From a virus (Duplodnaviria > Caudoviricetes): a stretch of DNA of 60,254 bases. The notes below the pieces were generated by a model. That model did not search any database. It had not been told where the DNA came from and was given only the letters and a program-made list of their open reading frames with translations. The stretch is from positions 1 through 60,254 of IMG/VR virus record IMGVR_UViG_3300046170_000297; one strand, given 5' to 3'. A program made the translations under genes and the position numbers. Of the stretch, positions 1 to 11,230 are shown piece by piece. Position 1 is the stretch's first letter. The number at the start of each line of letters is the position of its first letter.

Positions 1-672
1 TGATATACCAACAGAAAGATCTATTGTTATAAAAAATGGTATAGATAATTTTCCTATAAGAAAGATTTATAAAAAAGGAGATCCTATAAAACTTATACAT
101 CACTGTACACCATGGCGAGGTTTAAATGTTTTATTAGGTGCAATGCAGGAAATAAAGAACCCCAATATTATACTAGATGTATATAGTTCATCGCAAGTCT
201 ATGGAGATGAATTTAAAAAAAATAATGATAAACAGTTTGAACCTTTATATGAACAAGCAGAAAAATTATCTAATGTAAATTATATTGGGTATAAACCTAA
301 TGAATATATTAGAGAGATGATGCCTAACTACGATATGTTTGTTTATCCATCTATATTTGAAGAGACTTCTTGTGCATCAGCTTTGGAAGCATTAGCTTCT
401 GGAGTTCATGTAATTACAAATAACTTTGGAGCATTATATGAAACATGCGCAGAGTGGCCTGTGTATATAAACTATTCTACTAATTATGAAAGCATGGCTA
501 TAGATACTGCGGAGCTATTAATATAGCAGCTAGTTATTTACATGAAGATTTTATGCAAGACCATTTAGAAGAACAACAAAAGTTTTATAAAAGATTTTAT
601 AGTTGGGAGAAAAAAGGAATGGAATGGACAAACTTTTTGAAAGGAGCTTTAAGTGAAAGAAACAATAAATGA
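1..672 (+). CDS. GT-B (GT4-like) glycosyltransferase, C-terminal part; N-terminus at 59993..60254; frameshift near 515
   Basis: Frame from base 2 reads DIPTERSIVIKNG...HHCTPWRGLNVLL...YPSIFEETSCASALEALASG, a GT4-type E-x7-E donor motif. Confidence 0.85.
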
Positions 673-1527
673 AGATACTTATCAAACACTTAAAAGAAGT
701 TGAGGTAACACATACGAAAAAGCACTCTTCCTATGTGGAAACCGGACACCGGACAAAAAGAAACAAAGAAGAAAATAAAACCTTATATCTATATGTTTGT
801 ACACCTTGTCATAGTGAATGTTCTATGCATTACACTCAAGCCTTATTAGAATTACAACAACTTTGTATTAAAAAAGAATAAAAATTACATTTACTTTATT
901 AAAATCTTCTTTGTAACTCAAGGAAGAAATTATGTGTTCAGCTTTTTTAGAATCTAATTGTACACATATGTTATTTGTAGATTCAGATATATATTTTAGA
1001 GCAGATTCTATATTAAAAATGTTAAAGAAAGATGAGGAATTGATGTCTATTCCCTACCCCTTAAAAACAATGATGTGGGATAAACTTTACAAAAATGGAA
1101 CGATGGTGAAGTTAAGGGCCCTGAAGATATACATAGATATTTAAAATACTTATCCAATGAAAGTAGATAACCCAGAAGATATAAAGTTAGATAACGGAGT
1201 TATGGAAGTAACGCATAGTCCAACAGGAGTATGTTAATTAAAAGAAGTGTTTTTGACAAAATGATAAAGGCTTATCCTGACAAAGGAATCGTGCAAAAGA
1301 CAGTTATTAATGGTGGAGTATATAGATAGACCCCATATGTGGAATTTTTTTGACACATTACACGATACCGAAACAAAGATATTTTTAGGTGAGGATTTTT
1401 CATTTTGTAAGCTTTGGGAAGGACATTGGGGGGAAATGTTTTGCTTATATCAATGACCCAATAATACATGTGGGGAGAACATCAATATGAAGGTTGTTTT
1501 GCCGATGAGTTGAAACCAACCAAGTAA
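653..1527 (+). CDS. GT-A (GT2-like) glycosyltransferase, broken by several indels
   Basis: Fragments 669..881 and 932..1144 plus downstream frames give TPCHSEC, THMLFVDSDI (DxD) and FLGEDFSFCK motifs. Confidence 0.75.
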
Positions 1528-1562
1528 AATGGTAATATTGTCTATAATTAATTAATTAGACT

Positions 1563-2516
1563 ATGGACCCATTTACACTAGCATTAGCCACATTTGGCGT
1601 ACAAAAACTTCGAGGAAAATCAACTAAGAAAGCACTTCAAAGCGCAGCTCTAATTGGTGGAGGAGCCTACGCTCTCGGGGCAGCAGGAGTAGGAGGATCA
1701 ACATTTACAGGTGCTCCACTATCAAGTGCTAAATCTTTTTTAGGTATGGGACAAGGTTCAGCTATAAGCCAACAAGCAGCAAGCTTACCTCAAATGAAAG
1801 GTGCAGATATAGCTGGAGCTCAATTTAGAACTGCAGCCGAACAGGCAACATTAGCAAATAAAGGATTAGTTGGTGCACAAAAAATTACTTCAGGTATTAC
1901 AAAAGAACCTGAAGGAATAGCTAAACTTTTTGATTATGCTAAAAATAATAAATTACAAACTGCCTTAATGGCTTCAAGTATAATTCCTTTATTAGCAAGC
2001 GAAGATGAAGGCGATGGTGGAATAGAAGGTTATAGCCCAGAAGATTATAAAAAAGCATATGAAGAACAATCTGGAAAATTACAAGGTGCGTTTGTACCTA
2101 CACAAAATACAAGACCCACAATGGATGAAACAATTAGATCAGATATGTTTTACGCAAACGAAGGTGGGTTAGCAACTGCAATTAAAAAATTTAATAAGGG
2201 TGGAGTAAACTATTTACCATCTAAGACAGATCATAATGAAAACGATTATAATAATTATGTAAGAGCAGAAGGTTATGTTGAAGATGGTGCGGGTAACGGG
2301 GATAAGGATGAAGATACTATGTTAGCACAATTAGCTGATGGAGAGTTTGTGTCACGTGCAGATGCAGTCCTAGGCGCAGGTATATTATCTGGAGGAGATC
2401 CAAAAAGTTATAAGAGTATGAGAAAAGCTGGTGCAAATTTTTTCTATGATCAACAAAAAAAATTAAAAAGAATTTACGATTTAGTTAATGACAACCAAAC
2501 TAATACAGTTCAGTAA
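1563..2516 (+). CDS. Putative internal virion/ejection protein
   Basis: Ala/Gly-rich N-terminus, C-terminal DTMLAQLADGEFV motif, first gene of the ejection-like cluster. Confidence 0.55.
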   Translation: MDPFTLALATFGVQKLRGKSTKKALQSAALIGGGAYALGAAGVGGSTFTGAPLSSAKSFLGMGQGSAISQQAASLPQMKGADIAGAQFRTAAEQATLANKGLVGAQKITSGITKEPEGIAKLFDYAKNNKLQTALMASSIIPLLASEDEGDGGIEGYSPEDYKKAYEEQSGKLQGAFVPTQNTRPTMDETIRSDMFYANEGGLATAIKKFNKGGVNYLPSKTDHNENDYNNYVRAEGYVEDGAGNGDKDEDTMLAQLADGEFVSRADAVLGAGILSGGDPKSYKSMRKAGANFFYDQQKKLKRIYDLVNDNQTNTVQ

Positions 2517-2904
2517 AGAAGAGATTGATAAAGTATGGCCTTTAGCAAAAGAATTAGTGCACAAAGCTTGTATCAGAGCAGGAGGATTTATAAGTGAAGA
2601 GCATATTAAAGAACATTGTAAACAAGGTACAATGCAGCTTTGGATGGCTGTTACAGATACTAACGAAATTTTATGTGTGGGTGTTACTGAAATTAGAGAC
2701 TACCCTAATTACAAAGTTTGTGATGCTAAAATCGTCACTGGTAAAAGGTATAAAGAATGGTTTGATCAAATTGATAAAGTGGCTGAATGGGCTAAAGAAC
2801 AAGGTTGTAAAAAAATGGAAATCTTTTCAAGGCCTGGTTACGTCCCTTTATTTAAACAAAAAGGATATGTGGCAACACATGTTCAAGTAGAGAAAGACTT
2901 ATGA
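2488..2904 (+). CDS. GNAT-like acetyltransferase-fold protein
   Basis: 138 aa with WAKEQGCKKMEIFSRPGY, a pattern typical of podoviral GNAT-like proteins among ejection genes. Confidence 0.5.
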   Translation: MTTKLIQFSKEEIDKVWPLAKELVHKACIRAGGFISEEHIKEHCKQGTMQLWMAVTDTNEILCVGVTEIRDYPNYKVCDAKIVTGKRYKEWFDQIDKVAEWAKEQGCKKMEIFSRPGYVPLFKQKGYVATHVQVEKDL

Positions 2905-3914
2905 TTAATATTAAAAAATTAAATATAAAAGAAAAGATAAAATTATTTACTGAGTTATATGAAGATATATCTGGTAAGGGTATTGGTGGAGATACAGAAC
3001 TTGCACATATAAATAAATTTGAATCTACACTTTTAAAAAGCGTTGGTGGTCAAGGAAGCATTAACCCTACTACAGGATTAAAACAATATCTTGGTGGTGG
3101 TGGAGGAGGCGGAGGTGGCTCCGGTACACAAACTACAATTGCAAGAGAAGCACCAGAAGTTGAAGCTAGAAAATTAGCACTTTATGATCAAGCAGCAAAT
3201 TTAGCAAAAACTCCTGTATCTATTCCTGGTATGCAAGTTGCAGGTCTTTCTCCATTAGAGCAAGCTGGTATTACTCAAGCTGGTCAAACAGGTGTTGGCG
3301 CAGGTACTGTTACTTCTGGTATCGGATCAATACAAACCGGTATGGCAAATCCAAACATTGGACAATTTTTAAATCCATATCAACAATATGTGACAAATGA
3401 AATTGGTAGACAGGGACAAATGATGGCACAACAAGTAGGTGCTAATGCTATTCAAGCTGGAGCGTTTGGAGGAGGAAGAGAAGGAGTTCAACAAGCAGAA
3501 CTTCAAGGAAGAACACTTTCAGCTATGGGCCAAGCACAAGCACAAGGTTTTCAAACTGCACTACAAGCAGCACAAACTCAAAGACAACAACAACTTGCAG
3601 GTGGACAATTACTAGGACAACTAGGAGCACAACAACAAGCTATGAGTCTTGCAGATATAAATGCACAGATGCAAGCAGGTGCGTTGCAAAGAGGTATTGG
3701 TCAAAGAACATTAGATGCCCAAAGAGCAACAGAATTACAAAGAGCATATGAGCCTTATCAAAGAGTGGAGTTTATGAAAGGTATCATGACTAATTTACCT
3801 ACGACACAAAGTAGTATTACAGCAACCACGGCTCCCGGGGCTAACCCATTTGCACAAGCAGCAGGAACAGCATTAGGTGGATATGCAGCTTATAACATGA
3901 TGCAACCGAGGTAA
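2901..3914 (+). CDS. Internal virion/DNA-transfer (pilot-like) protein
   Basis: Gln/Gly/Ala-rich; GDTELAHIN, FLNPYQQYV and GAFGGGR motifs. Confidence 0.6.
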   Translation: MINIKKLNIKEKIKLFTELYEDISGKGIGGDTELAHINKFESTLLKSVGGQGSINPTTGLKQYLGGGGGGGGGSGTQTTIAREAPEVEARKLALYDQAANLAKTPVSIPGMQVAGLSPLEQAGITQAGQTGVGAGTVTSGIGSIQTGMANPNIGQFLNPYQQYVTNEIGRQGQMMAQQVGANAIQAGAFGGGREGVQQAELQGRTLSAMGQAQAQGFQTALQAAQTQRQQQLAGGQLLGQLGAQQQAMSLADINAQMQAGALQRGIGQRTLDAQRATELQRAYEPYQRVEFMKGIMTNLPTTQSSITATTAPGANPFAQAAGTALGGYAAYNMMQPR

Positions 3915-3916
3915 TT

Positions 3917-4781
3917 ATGGATAAAGTGTTAACAAGAAAAATGTTTAAAGACAGATACTTTAAATCATTAAAGCCAACTGTGAAACATTTTCAAGCGGGT
4001 GGTCTAGGTTCATTATCACCAAAAGAGAAAGCTATATATGCCGCAACTTTGGCTGCACCATTACTTCAAGCAAAAGGTAAAGGACTTGCTCCTGCACTAT
4101 CAGCATTAGGAGAAGGTGTTGGTAAATTACCTGCAACAATTTTATCTGTAGAAAAACAAAAAGGAACTGCACTAGATAGATCAAGAACTTTGACAGATGC
4201 AGAATTAAAAGAATATAATTTACCAAAAGGATCTATTGCACAAATAGATGGTAAAGGAAAAATTACTGTTGTATCTAAACCTTCTGCAGAATCTTTAAAA
4301 CAAATTCAAGGAAGTAAAAGAGTAAGAACTATTTTATCTAGAATTGGAGATGACTATTATAAATTAGGTAAACCTGTAGGTTTTGGTGATTTAGGTAGAA
4401 TTAGAGCATCACTTGGTAAGGTAGGTGGCTCACAATTTTCAAAAGACTACGGTGCTTTTAAAAGTAGAATACAACAAGCAACTTCATTTGTAACACAAGC
4501 GATCTCTGGTGCAGCAGTATCAGAACAAGAGGCAGAAAGAATTACAAAACTTATACCACAAGTAGGTGATACTGAAGCTACATTTGAAGCAAAGCTACAA
4601 GCATTAGATAGTTATTTTGCAGATGCTATTGCAATTGCAGAAGATAATAATGCAGACTTTACTACTGCCTTAGAGATTATGGAGGCAGTCTGGAAAAGGT
4701 GCTTCTAATTATATTGATTTAAGTGAAGGTGTTACTATTAAACAATACGGTGGTAATAAATATGATGTTAGTGCAAATTAA
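3917..4781 (+). CDS. Internal virion protein (frameshift near 4690)
   Basis: ORF 3917..4708 with an SGAAVSEQEAER motif; continues in another frame to a stop at 4781. Confidence 0.5.
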
Positions 4782-4789
4782 GGATTTAT

Positions 4790-7475
4790 ATGGCAGAGAT
4801 AGTTGTACAAGGAAATACATTTAAAATTAAAGGGAACAGAGCCTACTCCAAAAGAACAGGTAGCTATCGATTCTGTTTTAGCAGCTAAAAAAGCTGAAGG
4901 TAAAGGTGGATTAAGTTTTGATGATGAGATGAAACTTATGATTACACCTGAAGAAGTTTTATCAGACGCACAAAAAGGAAAATATAATAAAGATACAGAA
5001 AGTTTTTTAGCAAGCCCAGACTTTATGAGAATAGTAACAGAGGTAGGTTTATCTATCGCTGGTGGTATTGCAGGTGTTGCAGCAGCTCCTTTTACAGGAG
5101 GATCTTCTTTAGTTGGTACAGGATTGATGGCAGCAAGAGTTGCTAGAATAGCTAGACCACTTTTAAATTTAAGTAAAAATAAACAAAGATTAATTGGAGG
5201 TGTAACTGGTGCAGGACTAGGGGGTGGAGCTGGTGCAGCTATATCTCAAACATTTGATCCTAAAGAAAGTATTGTTAGAGAAGTTGCAAGAGGTACAGCT
5301 CAAGGTGCTTTCGGTGAACTACTTGGTTTTGGTATGGCAGGAGCCTTAGCTAAAACATATAACAAAGTTACAGGGTTTTCTTTAAAAACAATTCAAGGTG
5401 CGGACGATGTAGTTCGGGGTTTAGATGGAGATAAATTATTTTACAAAGAAATAAATAAAATTAAAGAAACAGGTAAACTACCATCAAAAGAAGTATTAGA
5501 TAAGTTATCGGATGAAACAGCAGAAGTTTATATTACACCACAACAAAGATCTATTTTAGAAAATAAAACATTATCAAAAAATGCATATGACAGTGCAATA
5601 GAAGCCAACCCAGATTTTTTTAAATTTAAAAAAAATATTTTAGGTAAAGGTGGAGAATTCGTTTTTGAAAGAGCAAATATTATTGCAGGTAAAGTTACAG
5701 AACAATCTGGTGTTGAGTTAGCTAGTTCATTATCTGCTGCATCTATTGGTGGTGGTGCATTTATTAGAAACACTGAAGGTTTAGGTAGATTAATGACTAT
5801 AGAATCTATTGATAATTTTACAAAAGTATTAACTAAAGACTTACCAAAAATAGATTATGACACTGCTGCAGATGGTGTAACAGCTTTTTTAAATTCACAA
5901 GTTAGAGGTGGTAAAGAAATATTTGAATCAACTAAAAATAAATTATGGGATGAATTAGGAGAAGGTATAAATAAGGCTACTCTATTACCTGATGGCAGTT
6001 ATAATCCTGCTTTCAATGTAAAAATTAACGGTCCTTCAGTACCACCAACATTAAAAGTTTTTAATAGTTTTACTGGTAGAACAGAGCCAAATGCGACTAA
6101 TTTATTTACATATGTTAATAAAGCAATAAAAGAAAACTTAACTGTACAAGATGAAGGAATAACAGCTATAACCTCAATGATTCAAAGAATGGGGAGTGAA
6201 ACAGATTATAATAATTTTAGAAGAGTTTATTCTGCAATAGGTAAAATGAAATTAGGTGGAACACCAGCTGATGCTGTTAAAGCTGAAGTAATAAAAAGAA
6301 TGGAATCTATGTTAGCTAATTCACCGCTACCTGCATCTGTTAACGCAGCTAGATTAGCTGCATCAGATTTTACTCGATTAGGTAGTGATGCATTCAAAGG
6401 TAAAGTTGTAAGTGATTTATTGAAAACAGATTTTGGACAAGAAAGATTATACAAACAAATAATTGGTGCAGGAAGACCAAGTTATTTTAGAGCTTTTCAA
6501 GAAAGTTTAGATGCTGCTAAAATTACCGCTGGAGGAAAAAAATACGATTTATTTTCTGGAAAAATAAAAACCGCAGGTGGTGTAGTTCCTGATAGAACTG
6601 CAATTCAAGGGGCTTTACAGGGACAATTTTTAAAAGATTTTTTGAATAATAGCGTAGATAAAAGTGGACAATATTTTAAACTAAATAAAACAAAAGCAGA
6701 AAAATTTTTAAAAGATCATGAATGGTTGTTAGGGGATGATCCTATAACAAAAAAACCAATTGGTTTTTTAGATGATTCACAAATAAAAGGTATAAGAGAA
6801 TATACAAGAAGATTACAATTAATTGAAGGTAAAATAAAACCACCAGGTGCTGCAGGAACAAGTGGAGATATGCTTGTACAGATGAAACAGGCCGGTGCGT
6901 TATCACAAATAGTTGGTGTAGTTGGTTTTGGTACAGGTACAATTGATCCAGGTGCCGCTACATTTTTTGTATTAGGTCCTGCTGGTTTAGCTTACGCAAT
7001 GTCTAGGCCTGCAACAACTAGAGCTTTAATAAATGGTTTAGGTAAAGCTAATAAAGGAATTGATAGTTATCAAGGTTTAACTAGGTATATTGGACAATTA
7101 AGTAGTGCATTAGTTTCGGAAGGTATCATTGGTCCCGTAGAAGCCAAGGCAGCTATGGATAAAGTTGAAGGAAACAAGGAAGCATATGAACAATATTTTA
7201 AGACAGGTATTATGCCTAGCGCTCCAGCAAAAAGAGAATTTGAACCAGAAAATGCACCTGCAATTGAAATAGACCCGTACTTACAATCTGGAATAAAAAG
7301 ACAAGGTACAGGACAAAGAACAGGATCAATAGTAAGATCTGGCTCTGATATACCTCTACCAAATGTTCAACCATCAAACTTACCAATGGGTGGACAACAA
7401 TCAAACACAGAACTAGCACAGGCCTTAAACCTTTTTAGTAAGGGAGGGATAGTCAGTGCCAAGAAAAGCTTCTAG
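4790..7475 (+). CDS. Large internal virion/ejection protein (likely start ATG 4790, indel near 4830)
   Basis: About 895 aa with Gly/Ala-rich hydrophobic segments; last gene of the ejection cluster. Confidence 0.55.
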
Positions 7476-7671
7476 TAAAGATATACTTGCTCATCAAAGA
7501 ATGGATGACCATGAGAAGTTATGTAGAATTATGCAAGAAGAAACTAATAGAAAAATAAATGATGTTCATCAAGATATACATAGACTTGAAAAAATAATGA
7601 TAGCATCTACAGGATTTTTAATGACAACAATGCTAGGAATAATTGTTGCTCTTATTTTGAAATTAAACTAA
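7456..7671 (+). CDS. Small coiled-coil membrane protein
   Basis: HEKLC coiled coil followed by a C-terminal transmembrane helix. Confidence 0.6.
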   Translation: MPRKASSKDILAHQRMDDHEKLCRIMQEETNRKINDVHQDIHRLEKIMIASTGFLMTTMLGIIVALILKLN

Positions 7672-7679
7672 AAGACCTT

Positions 7680-8420
7680 GTGCGTCTTGTTAGAGAAAAT
7701 AATTCATTTTATATTACCGACTTAAAACTCGAAAAGAAATATGAGTATGCTAAGTATACTCGAGACAACGACCTCGGCTCACGGCACTATAATGTTGGAG
7801 ATATAAAAATACCATCAGTCACAACTATATTATCAGCTACACAATCAGAAGATAAGAAAGCAGGGTTAGATGCATGGCGTGAAAGAGTAGGATACCAAGA
7901 AGCGCAACGTATAACTAATCAAGCTGCAACTCGGGGAACTGAGATGCACTATGTATTAGAAAATTATATTGATGGTAGAGGTTACATTAATCTGTCACCA
8001 GAGGGTGCCTTACCACGACTCATGGCTCACGAAATTGTAGAGAACTTAGATAAGTTAAAAGAAGTATGGGGTAATGAAGTTAGTCTTGCATATGAAGATA
8101 GATGGGCAGGTGCAACAGATGTAGTTGGTTTGTATGATGATCAACCTACAATCATTGACTTTAAACAATCTAATAAAATTAAAAGAGAACAATATGTAGA
8201 AGACTATTATTATCAAATCTGTGCATACTCCTTAGCACATAAGAAACAATATGGTCCTATAACACAAGGGTTAATATGTATCTGTACTAAAGATAAAGTT
8301 TATCAAGAATTTAAAATGAATGAGAATAAATTAAAAGAGTATGAAGAAAAATGGTTAGAAAGAGTAGAACGATATCATAAAACTAAAGCCACTTCTGAAC
8401 CTGTTCCCCAAGGGTCTTAG
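7680..8420 (+). CDS. PD-(D/E)xK exonuclease
   Basis: PSVTTIL, RGTEMH, AGATD and IIDFKQS motifs. Confidence 0.85.
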   Translation: MRLVRENNSFYITDLKLEKKYEYAKYTRDNDLGSRHYNVGDIKIPSVTTILSATQSEDKKAGLDAWRERVGYQEAQRITNQAATRGTEMHYVLENYIDGRGYINLSPEGALPRLMAHEIVENLDKLKEVWGNEVSLAYEDRWAGATDVVGLYDDQPTIIDFKQSNKIKREQYVEDYYYQICAYSLAHKKQYGPITQGLICICTKDKVYQEFKMNENKLKEYEEKWLERVERYHKTKATSEPVPQGS

Positions 8421-9789
8421 CAGATAATTCAATTTTGTTTTCAAGATTGTGTAATACCATTTGATCAATAGTATCTCTACAAATTATATCGATATAAGTT
8501 ACTTGAGACTTCTGTCCTATTCTATGAGCCCTGTCTTCGCTCTGTTGTCTTACTTCTAGATTATAAGAGTTACTAAAATAGATAACATACTTAGCAGCAG
8601 TCAGTGTTAGACCATACCCACCTACAGTTGGATTACCGACTAAGAATCTACACTCATCATTGTTTTGAAATTTTTCTACTGCTTTGTTACGAGCATCAAC
8701 AGAGTCTTTACCATAGATAGATACTACTGAGTCTACACCATAAGTCTCGGCTAATTTCTTTTTAATACCTTCAATGTTATGTACATAGTTTGCCCAGATA
8801 ATACATTTATCTTGAGTCTCTTCAATAATACTCATTAACTCTTTTAGTTTTGCATTGGTTTTAAAATCAACAATGTCACCTTCATTTGTTTTAACAAAAC
8901 CATTTGATACTTGTTGTAGTTTAAGTAATTCAGTTAATTTATTATTATAAGAAACTTCTGCATCTCTAAGAACCATAAGAGCAGATTCTTTTAGTTGTTC
9001 ATAAGCTTTTCGTTGTTCATCTGGTAGATCTACATATCTTTGTACATACATCTTTTCTGGTAGATCAAGACAATCTTTTTTTCTTACCCTATATGAAAAA
9101 TTTTTTAATTTATATTCTAGCTCTTCAAGATTCACATAATACTTTGGTATCTGTATATTATACCCACCCCGTTCTATACTAAACATAACTGCATACTTAG
9201 CTTTGAATACTGTGTAGTTATCATACCCTAATAACTTTTTATCTAAGAATGCACATTGTGAAAATAAATCTAATGGTGATTTAGTTATAGGGGAACCTGT
9301 TAGTATTCTTTTATATCTAGCAAGTTGACCTAATTTAATTATAGCTTTAGTTCTTGATGCTCTTAAATTTTTAATAGAAGTACTTTCATCTAATATAATC
9401 ATACTTCTCATACCATGTTTTTGTAATTTAGATTCTAACCACTTCTTACCTGAAGCATGGGATAACGCTTCAACATTCATAAGTACAAATGTAAGTTTAT
9501 CTGGATCCATCCTAAATGTTTTATCTTTTGAAACTTTCCAAGTATAAATGTTAGTATTTTCTGGACAATGAATATCAATTTCTTTTTTCCAATTTTGGTA
9601 TACAGAGTTTGGTGCAATAACAAATGCAAAATCAATTCTTTTATCTTGGTATAGATAAGCTGCATTATCTATAGCTACCTTTGTCTTACCGGTTCCCATC
9701 TCCATAAAGTATGCAAAGTTGTATGGTTTAGCCCCTTCTATTAATGATCTTCTTTGATGACTGAAGGGTTCTGTTTTGTATTTGTACAT
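8383..9789 (-). CDS. SNF2-family (SF2) helicase
   Basis: MEMGTGKT, LDES, LTGSP and QSEDRAHRIGQ motifs. Confidence 0.92.
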   Translation of the reverse strand: MYKYKTEPFSHQRRSLIEGAKPYNFAYFMEMGTGKTKVAIDNAAYLYQDKRIDFAFVIAPNSVYQNWKKEIDIHCPENTNIYTWKVSKDKTFRMDPDKLTFVLMNVEALSHASGKKWLESKLQKHGMRSMIILDESTSIKNLRASRTKAIIKLGQLARYKRILTGSPITKSPLDLFSQCAFLDKKLLGYDNYTVFKAKYAVMFSIERGGYNIQIPKYYVNLEELEYKLKNFSYRVRKKDCLDLPEKMYVQRYVDLPDEQRKAYEQLKESALMVLRDAEVSYNNKLTELLKLQQVSNGFVKTNEGDIVDFKTNAKLKELMSIIEETQDKCIIWANYVHNIEGIKKKLAETYGVDSVVSIYGKDSVDARNKAVEKFQNNDECRFLVGNPTVGGYGLTLTAAKYVIYFSNSYNLEVRQQSEDRAHRIGQKSQVTYIDIICRDTIDQMVLHNLENKIELSAKTLGEQVQKWL

Positions 9790-9860
9790 TGAGAATGATT
9801 TAAATTATTTATTTGCAAAGATCAAATAAATAATATATTGATTCGACCAAGGAGGTTCTT

Positions 9861-10406
9861 ATGGACTTAGAAGCAGAATCTATTGTAAAGATAGATATGG
9901 CAATGTCATCTGACATTACCGAATCTTGCAAAAAGTTATTGGAAACTCAGAAAAAAATAGAAACGGCTGAAGAAGAACTTAAAAAGTTAAAAGAAGTTGA
10001 GACTAATCTTTCTGAGCAAACAATTCCAAACTTAATGCAACAAGCAGGTGTAGAGTTAATTAAACTTGAAGGTGGTATTTCCGTTGAGGTTAAACCGTAC
10101 TACTCTGCTAAAATACCAGCATCTAGAAGTGAAGAAGCTTTTAATTGGCTTCGTGAAAACGGTCATGGAGACTTGATTAAAAACCAAGTGTCAATGGAGT
10201 TTAAAATGAAACAAGATAATGAAGCTAAAGCAATTGTAGATGAGTTAAAAAACAAAGGTCTTCCAGTTCAACAGAAAACATTTGTACACCCAAGTAGTTT
10301 AAAATCTTTTGTAAAAGAACAGATAAAGGATTTGGGTAAAGATGTTCCTGCTGATTTGTTTGGAACCTATGTTGCAAATAAAACTAAAATAACCACGAAG
10401 GAGTAA
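9861..10406 (+). CDS. Conserved phage replication-module protein
   Basis: AGGAGG RBS; coiled coil followed by AFNWLRENGHGDLIK and VHPSSLKSFVKE. Confidence 0.7.
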   Translation: MDLEAESIVKIDMAMSSDITESCKKLLETQKKIETAEEELKKLKEVETNLSEQTIPNLMQQAGVELIKLEGGISVEVKPYYSAKIPASRSEEAFNWLRENGHGDLIKNQVSMEFKMKQDNEAKAIVDELKNKGLPVQQKTFVHPSSLKSFVKEQIKDLGKDVPADLFGTYVANKTKITTKE

Positions 10407-10408
10407 AC

Positions 10409-11224
10409 ATGAAAATAAAAGAAAATGCAATGACGACTAAAAAAGAAAACCTACCATCGACTTTAGATTTAGAGTCAATGGAAGGACAAGGTAACGAGTT
10501 TGTAACAGCTCGGGATACTAAACTACCAATATTAAAAATTATATATCAAAACTCTCCAGTCTTGGATGACAAAGATCCTAGGTTTGTTGAGGGAGCTGGT
10601 CTATATGATATATGGAGTGAAACATCTGGTAAAGTATGGAAAGCTAGAGAAGGCTTTTTAGTTACACCATGTTTGTATATAAATACTTTTAATGAGTGGC
10701 AAGACATGGGTGAGTCCACTGGAAGACCTGTAAAAATACATACAGATCCAGCAATTATGAGTGAAACAAAAAGAGATGCAGGTGGTAAGGATAGATTACC
10801 AAATGGTAATTATGTTGAAGACACAGGCAATCACTTTGTTATGATTTTAGATAAAGATCTTAACGTAGAAGAACAGGCATTAATTACCATGAAATCTACA
10901 CAAAAGAAAAAATCTAAAATGTGGAACTCAATGATACAATCGAGAAGAATGCAGGGTAAAAAAGGATTATTTAATCCACCTAGTTTTTCTCAAGTTTATA
11001 AACTATCTGTCACTAGAGAATCAAGCAAAGACTATACTTGGGGTGGTTGGGTTGTAGAGTTTCAAGAAATTTTATCAACGGATAAAAATCTTAAAACATT
11101 GCAGAGCACTCAAGCATTTTACAAAAGTGCAATGACAAGTGATATCTTTGGAAAAGTAGATTTCTCTCAAGAGAATCAATCTCAAGGTAACAATCAAGAT
11201 ACTAAAGAAGCAACTCCATTTTAA
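10409..11224 (+). CDS. Putative single-stranded DNA-binding protein
   Basis: Position before the primase; acidic tail ending in PF. Confidence 0.6.
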   Translation: MKIKENAMTTKKENLPSTLDLESMEGQGNEFVTARDTKLPILKIIYQNSPVLDDKDPRFVEGAGLYDIWSETSGKVWKAREGFLVTPCLYINTFNEWQDMGESTGRPVKIHTDPAIMSETKRDAGGKDRLPNGNYVEDTGNHFVMILDKDLNVEEQALITMKSTQKKKSKMWNSMIQSRRMQGKKGLFNPPSFSQVYKLSVTRESSKDYTWGGWVVEFQEILSTDKNLKTLQSTQAFYKSAMTSDIFGKVDFSQENQSQGNNQDTKEATPF

Positions 11225-11230
11225 TTAATC

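Noticed and set aside
2594-2890. Alternative-frame ORF inside the GNAT-like gene
   Set aside because: No RBS or recognisable motif; likely a chance open frame
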